Shown: in pieces, positions 63,471 to 64,000 of the stretch | How the letters are laid out: each line of letters begins with the position of its first letter | How positions within the stretch are numbered: the first letter of the stretch is position 1 | Source of the DNA: Octopus sinensis | Lineage: Eukaryota | NCBI RefSeq assembly: GCF_006345805.1 | Contig: NC_043016.1 | Coordinates: 12,400,001 to 12,464,000, forward strand | Length of the DNA: 64,000 bases | Direction of reading: 5' to 3' | Notes under the pieces: model-generated | The model's database searches: none | The model's input: the letters and a program-made list of their open reading frames with translations, nothing else | Told to the model about the DNA's origin: nothing | Position numbers and translations under genes: made by a program

Positions 63471-64000
63471 TTAATGTTATCAATGTGAGGTAGTGAATAG
63501 CTGAAACATCAGGTTGTCAGAAATTAAGCAAGAGATCAGCAGTTCAAGTCTTGTCACTGTCACAACATTGTGCATCCAACCAAAACAAGTAAAAAAACAA
63601 GCAGCTCAGTCTGCTGTATCCTAAGTAGGTGGCACCAAACAGTCAATCACTTAAAACAATAATAATGACCAACCACAGAAAAAGGTTATTTCCAATCAAA
63701 AGACCACCTGCTTATCTCTCAGCCACAAATAGTTTTAGTATTAATCATCTGAAATCTTGTGATGGAAAAGATTAACAGAGCTTAATAGTTATTGTTAATC
63801 CAACCAACCTATGATCAAAGACATTCCAGACATTTTAAAAATATTAAGCAGTATGTATCTATAATTACATTATCCAGTGTGTCCTATTTTTAAGACAATA
63901 AGGGAAATTAATTGCCATTCTTAGCAGGTCAAGATTTCTCCTTGGCTCAAGAGGTTTCCTTTTTGGTTCAAGAAGCTCCTTCCTTGGCTTGAGTGCCCTC

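Overview
AT-rich eukaryotic genomic DNA with spliceosomal introns. The tRNA-derived SINE families, (GAT)n-tailed RTE LINE ends and microsatellite load look like an octopus (cephalopod) genome; this is an inference from repeat families I recognise. Two convergent, intron-rich genes were reconstructed by hand from GT-AG junctions and phase continuity. (1) The 3' part of a chromokinesin KIF4 gene on the + strand: 13 exons, 1808-21922, covering the coiled-coil stalk, the 9-Cys CXC domain and a short acidic tail. (2) The 3' part of an unidentified coiled-coil/disordered protein gene on the - strand: 13 exons, 60957 down to a stop at 28870. Introns and intergenic DNA contain at least four SINE families, RTE-type LINE fragments, piggyBac-, Tigger- and Helitron-like non-autonomous elements, microsatellites and one 100-N gap. 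The most unusual signals are four type I hammerhead-ribozyme-like motifs in four unrelated non-coding repeats (one caps a ~470-nt rod-like fold-back, one is the tail of a tRNA-headed SINE, one is sense in a KIF4 intron), a U6 snRNA/SINE chimera, a 311-bp inverted duplication bracketing a frame-shifting exon, and many long near-perfect intronic hairpins. Coordinates were counted by eye; repeat boundaries are approximate.
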